Shown in pieces: positions 38,311 to 47,585 of a DNA stretch of 64,000 nt (position 1 is the stretch's first letter; every line of letters begins with the position of its first letter). The notes beneath the pieces were generated by a model that saw only the letters and a program-made list of their open reading frames with translations, was not told where the DNA came from and ran no database searches. The DNA is from Candidatus Pacearchaeota archaeon (GTDB taxonomy: Archaea > Nanobdellota > Nanobdellia > Pacearchaeales > GW2011-AR1). The stretch is from positions 124,093-188,092 of the forward strand of contig JBNLCO010000010.1 in NCBI GenBank assembly GCA_050303855.1, read 5' to 3'. Made by a program: the position numbers and the translations under genes.

Positions 38311-39168
38311 TTATTTTTTAGAATCTAAAGATTGAATATAGTTCTTTATTTCATTCAAATTGTCTTCGGATATTTTGTAGAAAAGGTTTTCTTCGGGAAA
38401 ACTTCCAGATCTTATTTCGTTTACATAACTAGACAAACCTTTCTTCATTTCACTTCCAACATCTGAGAATTGTTTTACAAACTTAGCTTTTATTCCGCCT
38501 AAACCAACCACATCGTTAACTATTGCCAAGATACCGTCTACGTTTTTTCCAGCCCCGATTCCGTAAACAGGAATGTTCAAAGATTTTGCGATATATCCTG
38601 CAGGTTCATTTGGAACAGCTTCCAAAAGTATTGCGCAAGCTCCCGCGTCCTGTAATGCTTTTGAATCATTATAGAGGGTTTTGAATCCGTCTAAACTTTT
38701 TGATTGTACAACCCCCATTAGATCTGTTGATTGGGGTGTATATCCTATATGCCCTATTGTCGCTATCCCAGCATCTTTCAAGGCCTTTACTCTTTGAGTT
38801 ACTCTTTCTCCCCCTTCAAGCTTAACTGCATCAACACCTGCTTCTTTCATAAATCTTAATGCATTGAAAGTTGCATTTTCATTAGAAATTTGGTAAGAAC
38901 CTAAAGGCATATCCCCCACAATAAAAGTATTTGGAGCTCCTCTACGGACTGCTTTTGTTAACATGATCATCTCATCCATTGTTACTGGAATAGTATTTTC
39001 ATAACCTAGAAGATTATTTCCTGCAGAATCTCCAACAAGGATCATATCCACTCCAGACTCTTCAGCTATTCTTGCTGTTTGAAAATCATAAGAAGTTATC
39101 CATGTGACTTTTTCCCCTTTTTTTTTCATCTTTACAAGATCTCCGAGGGTTTTTCTCTTTCCTTCCAT
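38311..39168 (-). CDS. 3-methyl-2-oxobutanoate hydroxymethyltransferase (PanB) family protein
   Basis: ..ITSYDFQTARIAEESGVDMILVGDSAGNNLLGYENTIPVTMDEMI..VGDMPLGSY.. matches PanB family signatures. Confidence 0.65.
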   Translation of the reverse strand: MEGKRKTLGDLVKMKKKGEKVTWITSYDFQTARIAEESGVDMILVGDSAGNNLLGYENTIPVTMDEMIMLTKAVRRGAPNTFIVGDMPLGSYQISNENATFNALRFMKEAGVDAVKLEGGERVTQRVKALKDAGIATIGHIGYTPQSTDLMGVVQSKSLDGFKTLYNDSKALQDAGACAILLEAVPNEPAGYIAKSLNIPVYGIGAGKNVDGILAIVNDVVGLGGIKAKFVKQFSDVGSEMKKGLSSYVNEIRSGSFPEENLFYKISEDNLNEIKNYIQSLDSKK

Positions 39169-39394
39169 ATTCTTTGGTACAGGCTATTCTTTTTAAAATT
39201 AATTATATCCTAAAATACACTAAATAAAGGATGCTTTGATAAATTCAATTGTTTAACTAAGTTTTAGATTAAATTTATAACAATCCTTTTGGAAAAAATG
39301 TCTTTTACCCTATAAATATTTATAAACAATTTTCTTATTATTGGAAAATGAGGTTTATCATCTTTTTGAATAAAGTATTGATTGCAGGCAAAAG

Positions 39395-41440
39395 ATGAAA
39401 GCATTGATACTTGCAGGAGGATTTGGTACCCGACTTCAAGGGGTTGTTAAAGATGTTCCAAAACCAATGGCCTCTATTGCGGGAAAACCTTTTTTGGAGC
39501 ATCAGATACGTTATTTGAAAAGACAAGGAATTAACGAATTTATCTTGGGAGTTCATTATAAATCAGATGTCATAAAATCTTATTTTGGCAACGGTATGAG
39601 GCAAGATGTAAGCATAACTTATTCTGAAGAGGATTCTCCTCTTGGAACAGGGGGAGCAATAAAACTCGCGCAGAAATTCATTGACGGGCCATTTTTAGTT
39701 TTGAATGGGGACTCGTATACTGATTTGGATCTGGGCAAATTTATGAGATTCCATGAAAAAAATAATTCTGTTGCAAGCATGGTCTTGCAAAAAATGGAAA
39801 AGGATAATTCCCACTATGGAAATGTTGAATTAGAAGGGGATACAATAAAGAGATATTCCGAAAAAAAATCAGTTGGCAAAGGACTGTCCAATTCAGGAAT
39901 CTATTTATTTGATCAAGAGATATTTGACTACATTCCTGGATCTAAAAAGATTTCTTTGGAAGAAAGAGTGTTTCCTGAACTGGTAAAGAAGGGTGCTATT
40001 TCTGGATTTGTCAACAAAGGTTATTTTGTCGATATCGGAAGACCCGAGACCTATCTTCAATTTAAAAAAGATTTTATTGAGAAATTGCAATCTTCAAAAG
40101 ACATTATTTTAAGAGATGCTATAAAAAAGATGTATGAAAATGGTTCAGACATATTGTTTATGGTTAATGAAGAGAAAGAATTTCAAGGTTTGCTAACAGA
40201 TGGAATTATTAAAAGATACCTAATAAGAGGGGGAGAATTTGAAGCAGGAGTTGATGAAGCCATGATAGAAAAACCAGAAAGGATTGCTACAATAAAAGAC
40301 AGTGAGGATAAAATAAGAGGTTTCTTAAAAGAAGGGGTCAAGAATCTTCCAATACTGGACGAACAAGGAAAAATATACGATATTCGATTTAGAACCGAAG
40401 AGGTAAAAGGAGAAGAATATCCAACCATTAGAGGTAAAACTCCTTTGAGAATAAGTTTTGCAGGAGGCGGTACAGATATGCCCTATTTTTTTGAGAAATA
40501 CGGAGGGGCTGTAATAAGCACAACTATTGATAAGTATTGCAACATTACTGCAAAAAAAAGAGGGGATTCCAAAATCGTAATTAATTCGGATATTTTAGAG
40601 GAGGAAGTGATTTTGGATGCCGGGAATTTAAAATATGATAGAAGTAAATTTGATCTAGTAAAATCAGTATATAATCTTGTAAACCCGGGGTGTGGTGTTG
40701 ATCTCCATTTGAATAATGACGTACCTCCAGGAAGAGGTCTTGGTTCATCTGCATCATTTGCAGTTCTTTTAACTAAAATTTTGGGCAAGCTAAAAGGGAG
40801 TAATTTGAGTGATGAGGAAGTTGCAGAATTTGCTTATAGAGCAGAAGTTGAAGAATTGGGAATAAGAGGAGGCAAGCAAGATCAATACGCTGCAGTATTT
40901 GGAGGATTTAATTGGATGGAATTTGAAAATGGAAATAGAAAAATAATGACATCCCTTAGAATAAAAGAAGATACTTTGAATGAATTGAAAGATCATTTAA
41001 CTTTATGCTACACTGGCAAAGAACATGAATCAATCCATCAACAGAAGTTATTGGAAGACAAATTTAAAAAAGAGAACCAGAGTGCAATTGAAAGGCTAAA
41101 AAGAATGAAACTTAATGCACGAGAAATAAAGAATTATCTTCTATCTCCGACCCCCGATTTTCAAAGGATAGGCGAGATAACCCATAAAATCTGGACAGAT
41201 AAAAAGAAGACTTCTTCGAAAGTAACCAGCAAAGTTATTGAAAACCTTTATGAAGTGGGAATGACTAATGGATCATATGGAGGTAAGCTTTTAGGTTCTG
41301 GTGGGGGAGGCTACTTGTTATTTTTCCATCCTCCAGAAAAAAGGAACAAATTAGAGAGAGGATTATCTCAGGAAGGTGGAGAAATCATGAACTTCAATTT
41401 TACTGAAGATGGTGCCAAGATATGGGTTCCGAACAAATAA
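39395..41440 (+). CDS. Tri-domain protein: sugar-1-phosphate nucleotidyltransferase (HddC-like) + CBS pair + GHMP kinase (HddA-like heptose-7-phosphate kinase)
   Basis: N-terminal MKALILAGGFGTRL. Middle ..GLLTDGIIKRYL...LPILDEQGKIYDI.. CBS-like. C-terminal GHMP motif PPGRGLGSSASFAV. Confidence 0.7.
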   Translation: MKALILAGGFGTRLQGVVKDVPKPMASIAGKPFLEHQIRYLKRQGINEFILGVHYKSDVIKSYFGNGMRQDVSITYSEEDSPLGTGGAIKLAQKFIDGPFLVLNGDSYTDLDLGKFMRFHEKNNSVASMVLQKMEKDNSHYGNVELEGDTIKRYSEKKSVGKGLSNSGIYLFDQEIFDYIPGSKKISLEERVFPELVKKGAISGFVNKGYFVDIGRPETYLQFKKDFIEKLQSSKDIILRDAIKKMYENGSDILFMVNEEKEFQGLLTDGIIKRYLIRGGEFEAGVDEAMIEKPERIATIKDSEDKIRGFLKEGVKNLPILDEQGKIYDIRFRTEEVKGEEYPTIRGKTPLRISFAGGGTDMPYFFEKYGGAVISTTIDKYCNITAKKRGDSKIVINSDILEEEVILDAGNLKYDRSKFDLVKSVYNLVNPGCGVDLHLNNDVPPGRGLGSSASFAVLLTKILGKLKGSNLSDEEVAEFAYRAEVEELGIRGGKQDQYAAVFGGFNWMEFENGNRKIMTSLRIKEDTLNELKDHLTLCYTGKEHESIHQQKLLEDKFKKENQSAIERLKRMKLNAREIKNYLLSPTPDFQRIGEITHKIWTDKKKTSSKVTSKVIENLYEVGMTNGSYGGKLLGSGGGGYLLFFHPPEKRNKLERGLSQEGGEIMNFNFTEDGAKIWVPNK

Positions 41441-41442
41441 AA

Positions 41443-42314
41443 TGAATAATAATAAATCCAAGAAATTTGATTTGAATACTCCTGTTTTATTTTTAGTATT
41501 TAATCGATTAAATTCTACAAAAAAAGTTTTTGAAGAAATTAAGAAAGCTAAGCCAAAAAAAATATTCATAGCTGCAGATGGGCCTCGGAATCAAGAAGAA
41601 AAATCTAAGACAGATTCTGTTAGAGAATATATTATAAAAAACATTAAATGGAAATGTCAGGTCAAAACTCTTTTTCGGGAAAAAAACCTTGGTTGCAAAT
41701 ATGCAGTATCTTCCGCGATTGATTGGTTCTTCAAAAATGTTGAAAGAGGGATTATATTAGAGGATGATTGTTTGCCTAACCAAAGTTTCTTTAGATTTTG
41801 TCAAGAAATGCTTGAAAAATACAGGGATAACGAGAAAATAATGCATGTTTCAGGGACCAATATTGAAGAAGTCTCAAAAATTCCAGAGAGTTATTTCCTC
41901 TCAAGATGCACCAACGTTTGGGGATGGGCTACATGGAGAAGAGCTTGGAAAGATTATGATGTTGAAATGAGAAAATGGCCAATTTGGAAAATAAAAATTC
42001 TTGGTCTGATGAAAAATTATGGACTATTTAACAAAATAAAATCTTGGAGGTTGTATGAATTAACTTATAGAAATAAGATAAATACGTGGGACTACCAATG
42101 GGATTTCTTATGTAGAATAAAAAAAGGACTAAGCATTGTTCCAAAGGTTAATTTGATAACCAATCTCGGTTTTATTGAAGGAACCCATACAGTCAATTAT
42201 CAAAAAAATGAAAAAACATTAAAGAGGAGAGAGCTAAAATTCCCTTTAGAATCCAGAAAAATCAATATTTTGGAAGAATATCAGAAGAAATATTTTAGAT
42301 TCTTTGGGAAATAA
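41443..42314 (+). CDS. putative glycosyltransferase (HlpA-like nucleotide-diphospho-sugar transferase fold)
   Basis: ..VLFLVFNRLNSTKKVFEEI...ILEDDCLP.. pattern. Start at the TAAAATG junction. Confidence 0.4.
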
Positions 42315-42351
42315 GGAATATTTTTAAAAAGTGTATGGAATTGGTTAATCA

Positions 42352-43005
42352 ATGGTCGAAAAGCTTAGGGGAGATTATTCACTCCATACTTTCAAAAAAG
42401 AAATTTTTAGAAGAGTTCCAAGAAATTCTAAGGTTTTGGAAGTTGGATGTAATTTTGGTCTTTTAGGAAAAGCCCTTAAAGATAAAAAAGAATGTACTGT
42501 TTACGGTATAGAGATTTATGAGCCTGCTCTGAAGAAGGCTAAAGAGAATCTTGATTTAGCAAAGAAAGTAGATTTGGAAGATTATTCTTTACCATTTAAG
42601 GAGAAATTTGATGTAATAATCTTTGAAGATGTTCTCGAGCATATACGATACCCAGAAGTTACACTTAAATTATATAGGGATATGCTTACCCCAAAAGGAA
42701 AAATCATCATATCTCTTCCAAATGTTGCAAACATAAAAATTAGATTTAAACTTTTATTTGGAAAATGGGACTATGAAGATGAAGGGATACTAGACAAAAG
42801 TCATTTTAAATTTTATACAAGAAAAACTTCTCTTCTTCTCCTAAGAAATGCAGGCTACTCTGCAAAAATAGTAGACTTTACTCCAGGTTTTAGTTTTATA
42901 TTTTTTAGGTTTTACCCCTTATTAAAGAGAATAAGGAAGGTTCTATGTTCAATAAACCCAAAATTATTTTCACAACAGTTTATCCTAGAAGGAAAATTAA
43001 GATGA
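42352..43005 (+). CDS. class I SAM-dependent methyltransferase
   Basis: ..VLEVGCNFGLLGKAL... motif I. ..IIFEDVLEH.. motif. Confidence 0.6.
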   Translation: MVEKLRGDYSLHTFKKEIFRRVPRNSKVLEVGCNFGLLGKALKDKKECTVYGIEIYEPALKKAKENLDLAKKVDLEDYSLPFKEKFDVIIFEDVLEHIRYPEVTLKLYRDMLTPKGKIIISLPNVANIKIRFKLLFGKWDYEDEGILDKSHFKFYTRKTSLLLLRNAGYSAKIVDFTPGFSFIFFRFYPLLKRIRKVLCSINPKLFSQQFILEGKLR

Positions 43006-43886
43006 AATCCAAACCATTTGTAAATATTGTATTGCTAAATTTAAACAATTATTTGGATACAGTAGAATGTTTGGATTCGATTAAAAATATAGAATATAAG
43101 AAATGGGGCATAACGCTTTTAGATAATGGATCTACAGACAATTCTTTTGATAAGTTGAAGAAGAAATATGGAAAGAACAAGAAAATAAAATTCATGTCAA
43201 ACAAAACAAACTTAGGATTTGCTAAAGCAAACAATCAGGCTATGAAAAAGGACCTATTTGACTCTGATTATTTTCTTTTGTTAAATAATGATACAATTGT
43301 TAAGAGAGATTTTTTAACAAAACTTGTTCATGAAGAAAAAGATCTAATTTCTCCTTTAATTTACAACTACTATTCTAAGAAAGAATTGAGTAGAAACGAT
43401 TTTCCAGGAAAATTCAATCTTTTTATTGGAGGGGGGAGAGCAATCAACCCTGTGAGAGATAAAACAACCAAGGTAGATTATGCTTCAGGGTGTTGTTGGT
43501 TAATAAAGAAGTCATTATTCAAAGAAACAAACGGGTTTAACGAGGAATATTTTGCATATAATGAGGAAGTTGAGTGGGCGTATAGGTTGAGAAAATCAGG
43601 CTATCAATTTTACTTGTCCGGCCATTCAAAGATCTGGCACAAAGGGGCAAAAACCTCTTCTAAAATATCAGGTTTCAAAATGAAATTTATGAACCGAAAT
43701 ATAATCTGGTTTGAAAAAAAATATGCCGGATGGAAATATCCTATTTTCCTAATATATTTATTTTTATATAGGGTTCCAAAGAACATTATTAAGATTATCG
43801 TCTCGAGGAAAGAAGTTGTTAAAAACATAAAGAGTTTTTTTTCAGGTCTTGGAGAAGGTTTATTTTCAAAAGAGGTAAATCAATAA
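42945..43886 (+). CDS. GT2-family glycosyltransferase
   Basis: ..IVLLNLNNYLDTVECLDS.. and ..LLNNDTIV.. (DXD-region). Probable true start at Met ~42981. Confidence 0.7.
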   Translation: MFNKPKIIFTTVYPRRKIKMKSKPFVNIVLLNLNNYLDTVECLDSIKNIEYKKWGITLLDNGSTDNSFDKLKKKYGKNKKIKFMSNKTNLGFAKANNQAMKKDLFDSDYFLLLNNDTIVKRDFLTKLVHEEKDLISPLIYNYYSKKELSRNDFPGKFNLFIGGGRAINPVRDKTTKVDYASGCCWLIKKSLFKETNGFNEEYFAYNEEVEWAYRLRKSGYQFYLSGHSKIWHKGAKTSSKISGFKMKFMNRNIIWFEKKYAGWKYPIFLIYLFLYRVPKNIIKIIVSRKEVVKNIKSFFSGLGEGLFSKEVNQ

Positions 43887-43910
43887 AAACCCTTTTTTAC
43901 TGAAGAAAGT

Positions 43911-45716
43911 ATGTGTGGAATAAACGGATTTAATTTTTTAGACAAAAAAACTCTAAGATCTATGAATGGGTCTCTGAGTCATAGGGGCCCTGACGGATCA
44001 GGAGAATTCTTTGATACAAGGGGCAAAGTTTCACTCGGGCATCTAAGACTTTCTATTATTGACTTATCTAAAAAAGGATCTCAGCCAATGACTTATACCC
44101 ACAAAGGGAAGAAGGTAGTTATTGTATTTAATGGGGAAATCTATAATTTTATGGAAATAAAAGAAGATCTCTTGAAAAAAGGACATAGGTTTAAATCAAA
44201 TTCGGATACGGAGATTATAACTGCAAGTTATTTGGAATGGGGAAAGGAATGTGTAAAGAAGTTCAACGGTATGTGGGCTTTTTGTATCTATGATCCTCAA
44301 AAAGAAATCTTGTTCTTATCCAGAGACCGAATTGGAAAAAAGCCAATTTACTATTACTTTGATAAGAAGAAATTTATTTTTTCATCAGAAATAAAGGGTA
44401 TATTGGAACATAAAGTAAAGAAAAAAATAAATCCAGAGTCATTGGATCTTTATTTCTCTCTAGGATTCATCCCTGCTCCTTATTCAATTTATGAGAATAT
44501 ATTTAAGCTAGAGCAAAGACAATCAGTGATATTTGATTTGAACAAGAAAAAACTTACAAAAGAATATTATTATCACTGGCCCGAATATTCACCAAAGAGA
44601 AATAAAGATAAGAATATCGAAGAAATAAAGAATCTTCTGAGGGACTCGGTTAAGAGGAGAATGATTTCTGATGTCCCTTTAGGCGCTTTCCTTTCTGGAG
44701 GTCTCGATAGCTCGACAATAGTTAACTTTGCAAAGAAACTAAACCCAAACATAAATACTTATTCAATTGGATTTGAAGGCAAATATGATGAAACCCAAAA
44801 CATAAACCAAATAGTTAAAAAATTCAAGACAAAACACCACCATAAATATTATCACGAATCTGATTTCAAAAAAGGTTTAAAGAAAATATTTTATTACTAT
44901 GATGAGCCTTTTTCGGATCCTTCCATGTTTCCAACTATATTTCTTTCAAGGTTTGCTCGTCAAAAAATCACAGTATCTCTTAGCGGAGATGGAGGGGATG
45001 AAATTTTTGGAGGTTATCCAAGGTACAAAAAAGCAAAACAACTTGAGAAATTAATGAAAATCCCAAGATTTTTAAGAAAAATTGTTTTACATCTCCCCCT
45101 GCCTTATTCTCTCAAAGAAGGAATCAAATTAAGTTTGAATAAAAAGGATTTGTTCTATTCTGAAGCAAGAAGTGATTTCTATAAACCATTCGTTACTAAG
45201 AATCTGCTTCAAGAAAAATTAGCATCGTGTCTTAAAAGAACAAAAGGCAACCTTGTAGAGGCAGTTAGGCTGATGGACATTGAATTTTATACTCTTCCGG
45301 ATAATTTCTTAACTAAGGTAGACCGAGCTTCTATGGCCAATGGATTAGAGATTAGATGTCCTTTTTTAGATTACAAAATTATAGAATACTCTATGAAAAT
45401 TCCAACAAAATATAGGGTTTCATTATTTAGAGATAAAATTCTTTTTAAGAAAATTATAAAGAATTTCTTGCCCAAAAAGATTATCTCACAAAAAAAGAAA
45501 GGATTTACTCCTCCAATAAATGATTGGATTTCTCGAAAAGAGTACGGAGATACACTCAACAAAATCATATCTGAATTGGAAAAAAATAAGGTGTTGTCTG
45601 GAGATTGGATCAATTTTTATAAAAAAAGGATACTGGATAGAAACTCTCTTGTTGAAAATAACTATAAAATAAGACTTTATTTGTTCTATGAATGGTATAA
45701 ACTTTGGATTAAATAG
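43911..45716 (+). CDS. asnB: asparagine synthase (glutamine-hydrolysing)-family amidotransferase
   Basis: MCGINGF N-terminal nucleophile. ..SGGLDSS.. PP-loop. Confidence 0.8.
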   Translation: MCGINGFNFLDKKTLRSMNGSLSHRGPDGSGEFFDTRGKVSLGHLRLSIIDLSKKGSQPMTYTHKGKKVVIVFNGEIYNFMEIKEDLLKKGHRFKSNSDTEIITASYLEWGKECVKKFNGMWAFCIYDPQKEILFLSRDRIGKKPIYYYFDKKKFIFSSEIKGILEHKVKKKINPESLDLYFSLGFIPAPYSIYENIFKLEQRQSVIFDLNKKKLTKEYYYHWPEYSPKRNKDKNIEEIKNLLRDSVKRRMISDVPLGAFLSGGLDSSTIVNFAKKLNPNINTYSIGFEGKYDETQNINQIVKKFKTKHHHKYYHESDFKKGLKKIFYYYDEPFSDPSMFPTIFLSRFARQKITVSLSGDGGDEIFGGYPRYKKAKQLEKLMKIPRFLRKIVLHLPLPYSLKEGIKLSLNKKDLFYSEARSDFYKPFVTKNLLQEKLASCLKRTKGNLVEAVRLMDIEFYTLPDNFLTKVDRASMANGLEIRCPFLDYKIIEYSMKIPTKYRVSLFRDKILFKKIIKNFLPKKIISQKKKGFTPPINDWISRKEYGDTLNKIISELEKNKVLSGDWINFYKKRILDRNSLVENNYKIRLYLFYEWYKLWIK

Positions 45717-46821
45717 TTTCAAATATTTTTATAAACCTTTTAGAGAATTTTTTTAATTCAAATTCCTTTATGAATTTTTTTCTTCCCGTAAGACCCATTT
45801 TTTTCCTTTTGTTGAAATTCTTTAACTTTAAAACAGCCTCCGCTATTTCTTCGGGTTTATTTTCCTTTAGAACGAATCCTGTTTTTTCATCATCAATTAT
45901 TGAGGGTATGGTTGCTATTCCATTTGCAACAACAGGGATCCCAAACATCATCCCTTCAATTATAACCCTTCCAAAAGTCTCCAAGGGATATTCTGTTGGA
46001 AATATTATAATATCAGACTTACTTAGGACCATGTTTTTTTCCTCTCCTGATTTTTTTCCTAGGTAAGAGATGTTCTCTTGTAGATTGTGTGATGTGGCAA
46101 AATTCTTGAATAAATTGAATTCGTTTTTTCCAGGAAAAGCGCCAACAAAAGCACAATTAAATTTTAATCCAGATTTTTTTAATAAAACACAAGATTGAAG
46201 TAGTTTCATCCATCCTTTGGAGATATCCATATTTGATAAAAAAAGAAGGTCAAGTTTTCGTTTTGAACTTTTTTTGTTTATAAGTTTACTTAGTTCTTTT
46301 TCGGATACCACGTTCTCAATTGCGTTAGGAAGTAAAATTATGTTCTCTCTAGATATTGAACCGTGTAGATCTTTGATAAGTTCTTCTCCTAACAGAATGA
46401 TTTTTTGGTTTTTAATCATCTTTGATAATTTTCGCTTAAACGATTTTTTTCCCCAATCGTTATCAAGAATCCTACTCCTTAGATGAAAAATAATCTTTCC
46501 CGCATAATTCTTCTTTATTTGTTTCCAGAATAAATAATCTCTCTTGAAACCCCAGGAAGAAGTTGCAGGGACAAAATATATTACGTCTGGGTTAAATTTC
46601 TTTAAAGTCTTTTTAATCATAGATCTTACCTTAAAAAAACCCCTTATTTTTTCGATATTGAATTTTCCTATATCAGATATTTTTTTAGAATAGTTTAGAC
46701 GAATGTTTTCTACATCAAATTTTCTAGAATCATTTAATATCTTAAGGCACATCTCGCTAGAAAGTGCACTCCCGTAATTAGGGGGAGGTAACGGACTTAT
46801 GAACAAGATTCTCTTTTTCAT
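45709..46821 (-). CDS. glycosyltransferase, GT1-fold
   Basis: ..IIFPTEYPLETFGRVIIEGMMFGIPVVA...GFV.. C-terminal GT-B motif. Confidence 0.65.
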   Translation of the reverse strand: MKKRILFISPLPPPNYGSALSSEMCLKILNDSRKFDVENIRLNYSKKISDIGKFNIEKIRGFFKVRSMIKKTLKKFNPDVIYFVPATSSWGFKRDYLFWKQIKKNYAGKIIFHLRSRILDNDWGKKSFKRKLSKMIKNQKIILLGEELIKDLHGSISRENIILLPNAIENVVSEKELSKLINKKSSKRKLDLLFLSNMDISKGWMKLLQSCVLLKKSGLKFNCAFVGAFPGKNEFNLFKNFATSHNLQENISYLGKKSGEEKNMVLSKSDIIIFPTEYPLETFGRVIIEGMMFGIPVVANGIATIPSIIDDEKTGFVLKENKPEEIAEAVLKLKNFNKRKKMGLTGRKKFIKEFELKKFSKRFIKIFETI

Positions 46822-47549
46822 TTTATCAAGGTTGTGTGTTTAAGGAGGTATTTATTTGCCATAAAACTTCGTTTCACTTTTTTCCAAGTATGTCTGAAAT
46901 CGGTTATTAACCTATAGAACCATTCCAAACCAATAGATTGGAAAAACGTTGGAGATTGTTTTTTGTTCCCTTTTGCATAATCAAAGAATGCACCGACATT
47001 AAAGAAAAAAGACACATTTACTTTTTCTGATAAATCGTTAGATAAAATTTCCTGTTTGGGGTTTCCAATTGCAATCCAAACATAATCTGTCTTTATTTTT
47101 TTTATCTTTTTTACTAATTCACTGTCATCAAATTTCTCTTTTTTTAGTTGAGGAAGCCCGTAGTAAAAACAACTTGTTTTTTTTAATAAAGGGTATTTTT
47201 CAACAATGTTTTCTATATCTTCTTCTGAAAAATTTCCAATAAATAAATGTCTTTTTCCTTTTAGAATAGCCTCATTTTTCATAAAAGAATCTGAGAAATC
47301 AGGACCCTTCAATCTTTTTACGGGTTTTAGAAATTTGAAGGATAATATAATGGAGAGGATAAAACCATCAACAAAGTTATAATTTTTGTCTTTTAATATA
47401 TGTTCTCTAAAAATTTTGTGATTTCTGAACAAATATACAGTGTGAGAATTTACAAAATTAAAAATAGAATTTTTTGGGAATTCATTCTGAGAGATTCTTT
47501 CAAATAAACCATTAATTGACGTTTCTGTTAAACCTAATGATTCTTTCAT
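46818..47549 (-). CDS. WecB/TagA/CpsF-family (GT26) glycosyltransferase
   Basis: ..FVNSHTVYL...YVWIAIGNPKQE...GLEWFYRL.. family motifs. Confidence 0.7.
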   Translation of the reverse strand: MKESLGLTETSINGLFERISQNEFPKNSIFNFVNSHTVYLFRNHKIFREHILKDKNYNFVDGFILSIILSFKFLKPVKRLKGPDFSDSFMKNEAILKGKRHLFIGNFSEEDIENIVEKYPLLKKTSCFYYGLPQLKKEKFDDSELVKKIKKIKTDYVWIAIGNPKQEILSNDLSEKVNVSFFFNVGAFFDYAKGNKKQSPTFFQSIGLEWFYRLITDFRHTWKKVKRSFMANKYLLKHTTLIK

Positions 47550-47585
47550 GTAAATTTAAGAAATAAGCCCATTAAAAGGGTTTTG

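Noticed and set aside
39338-39556. 72-aa minus-strand ORF spanning the PanB/HddC intergenic region and the HddC start
   Set aside because: Overlaps the well-supported nucleotidyltransferase N-terminus (MKALILAGGFGTRL) and an AT-rich promoter region.
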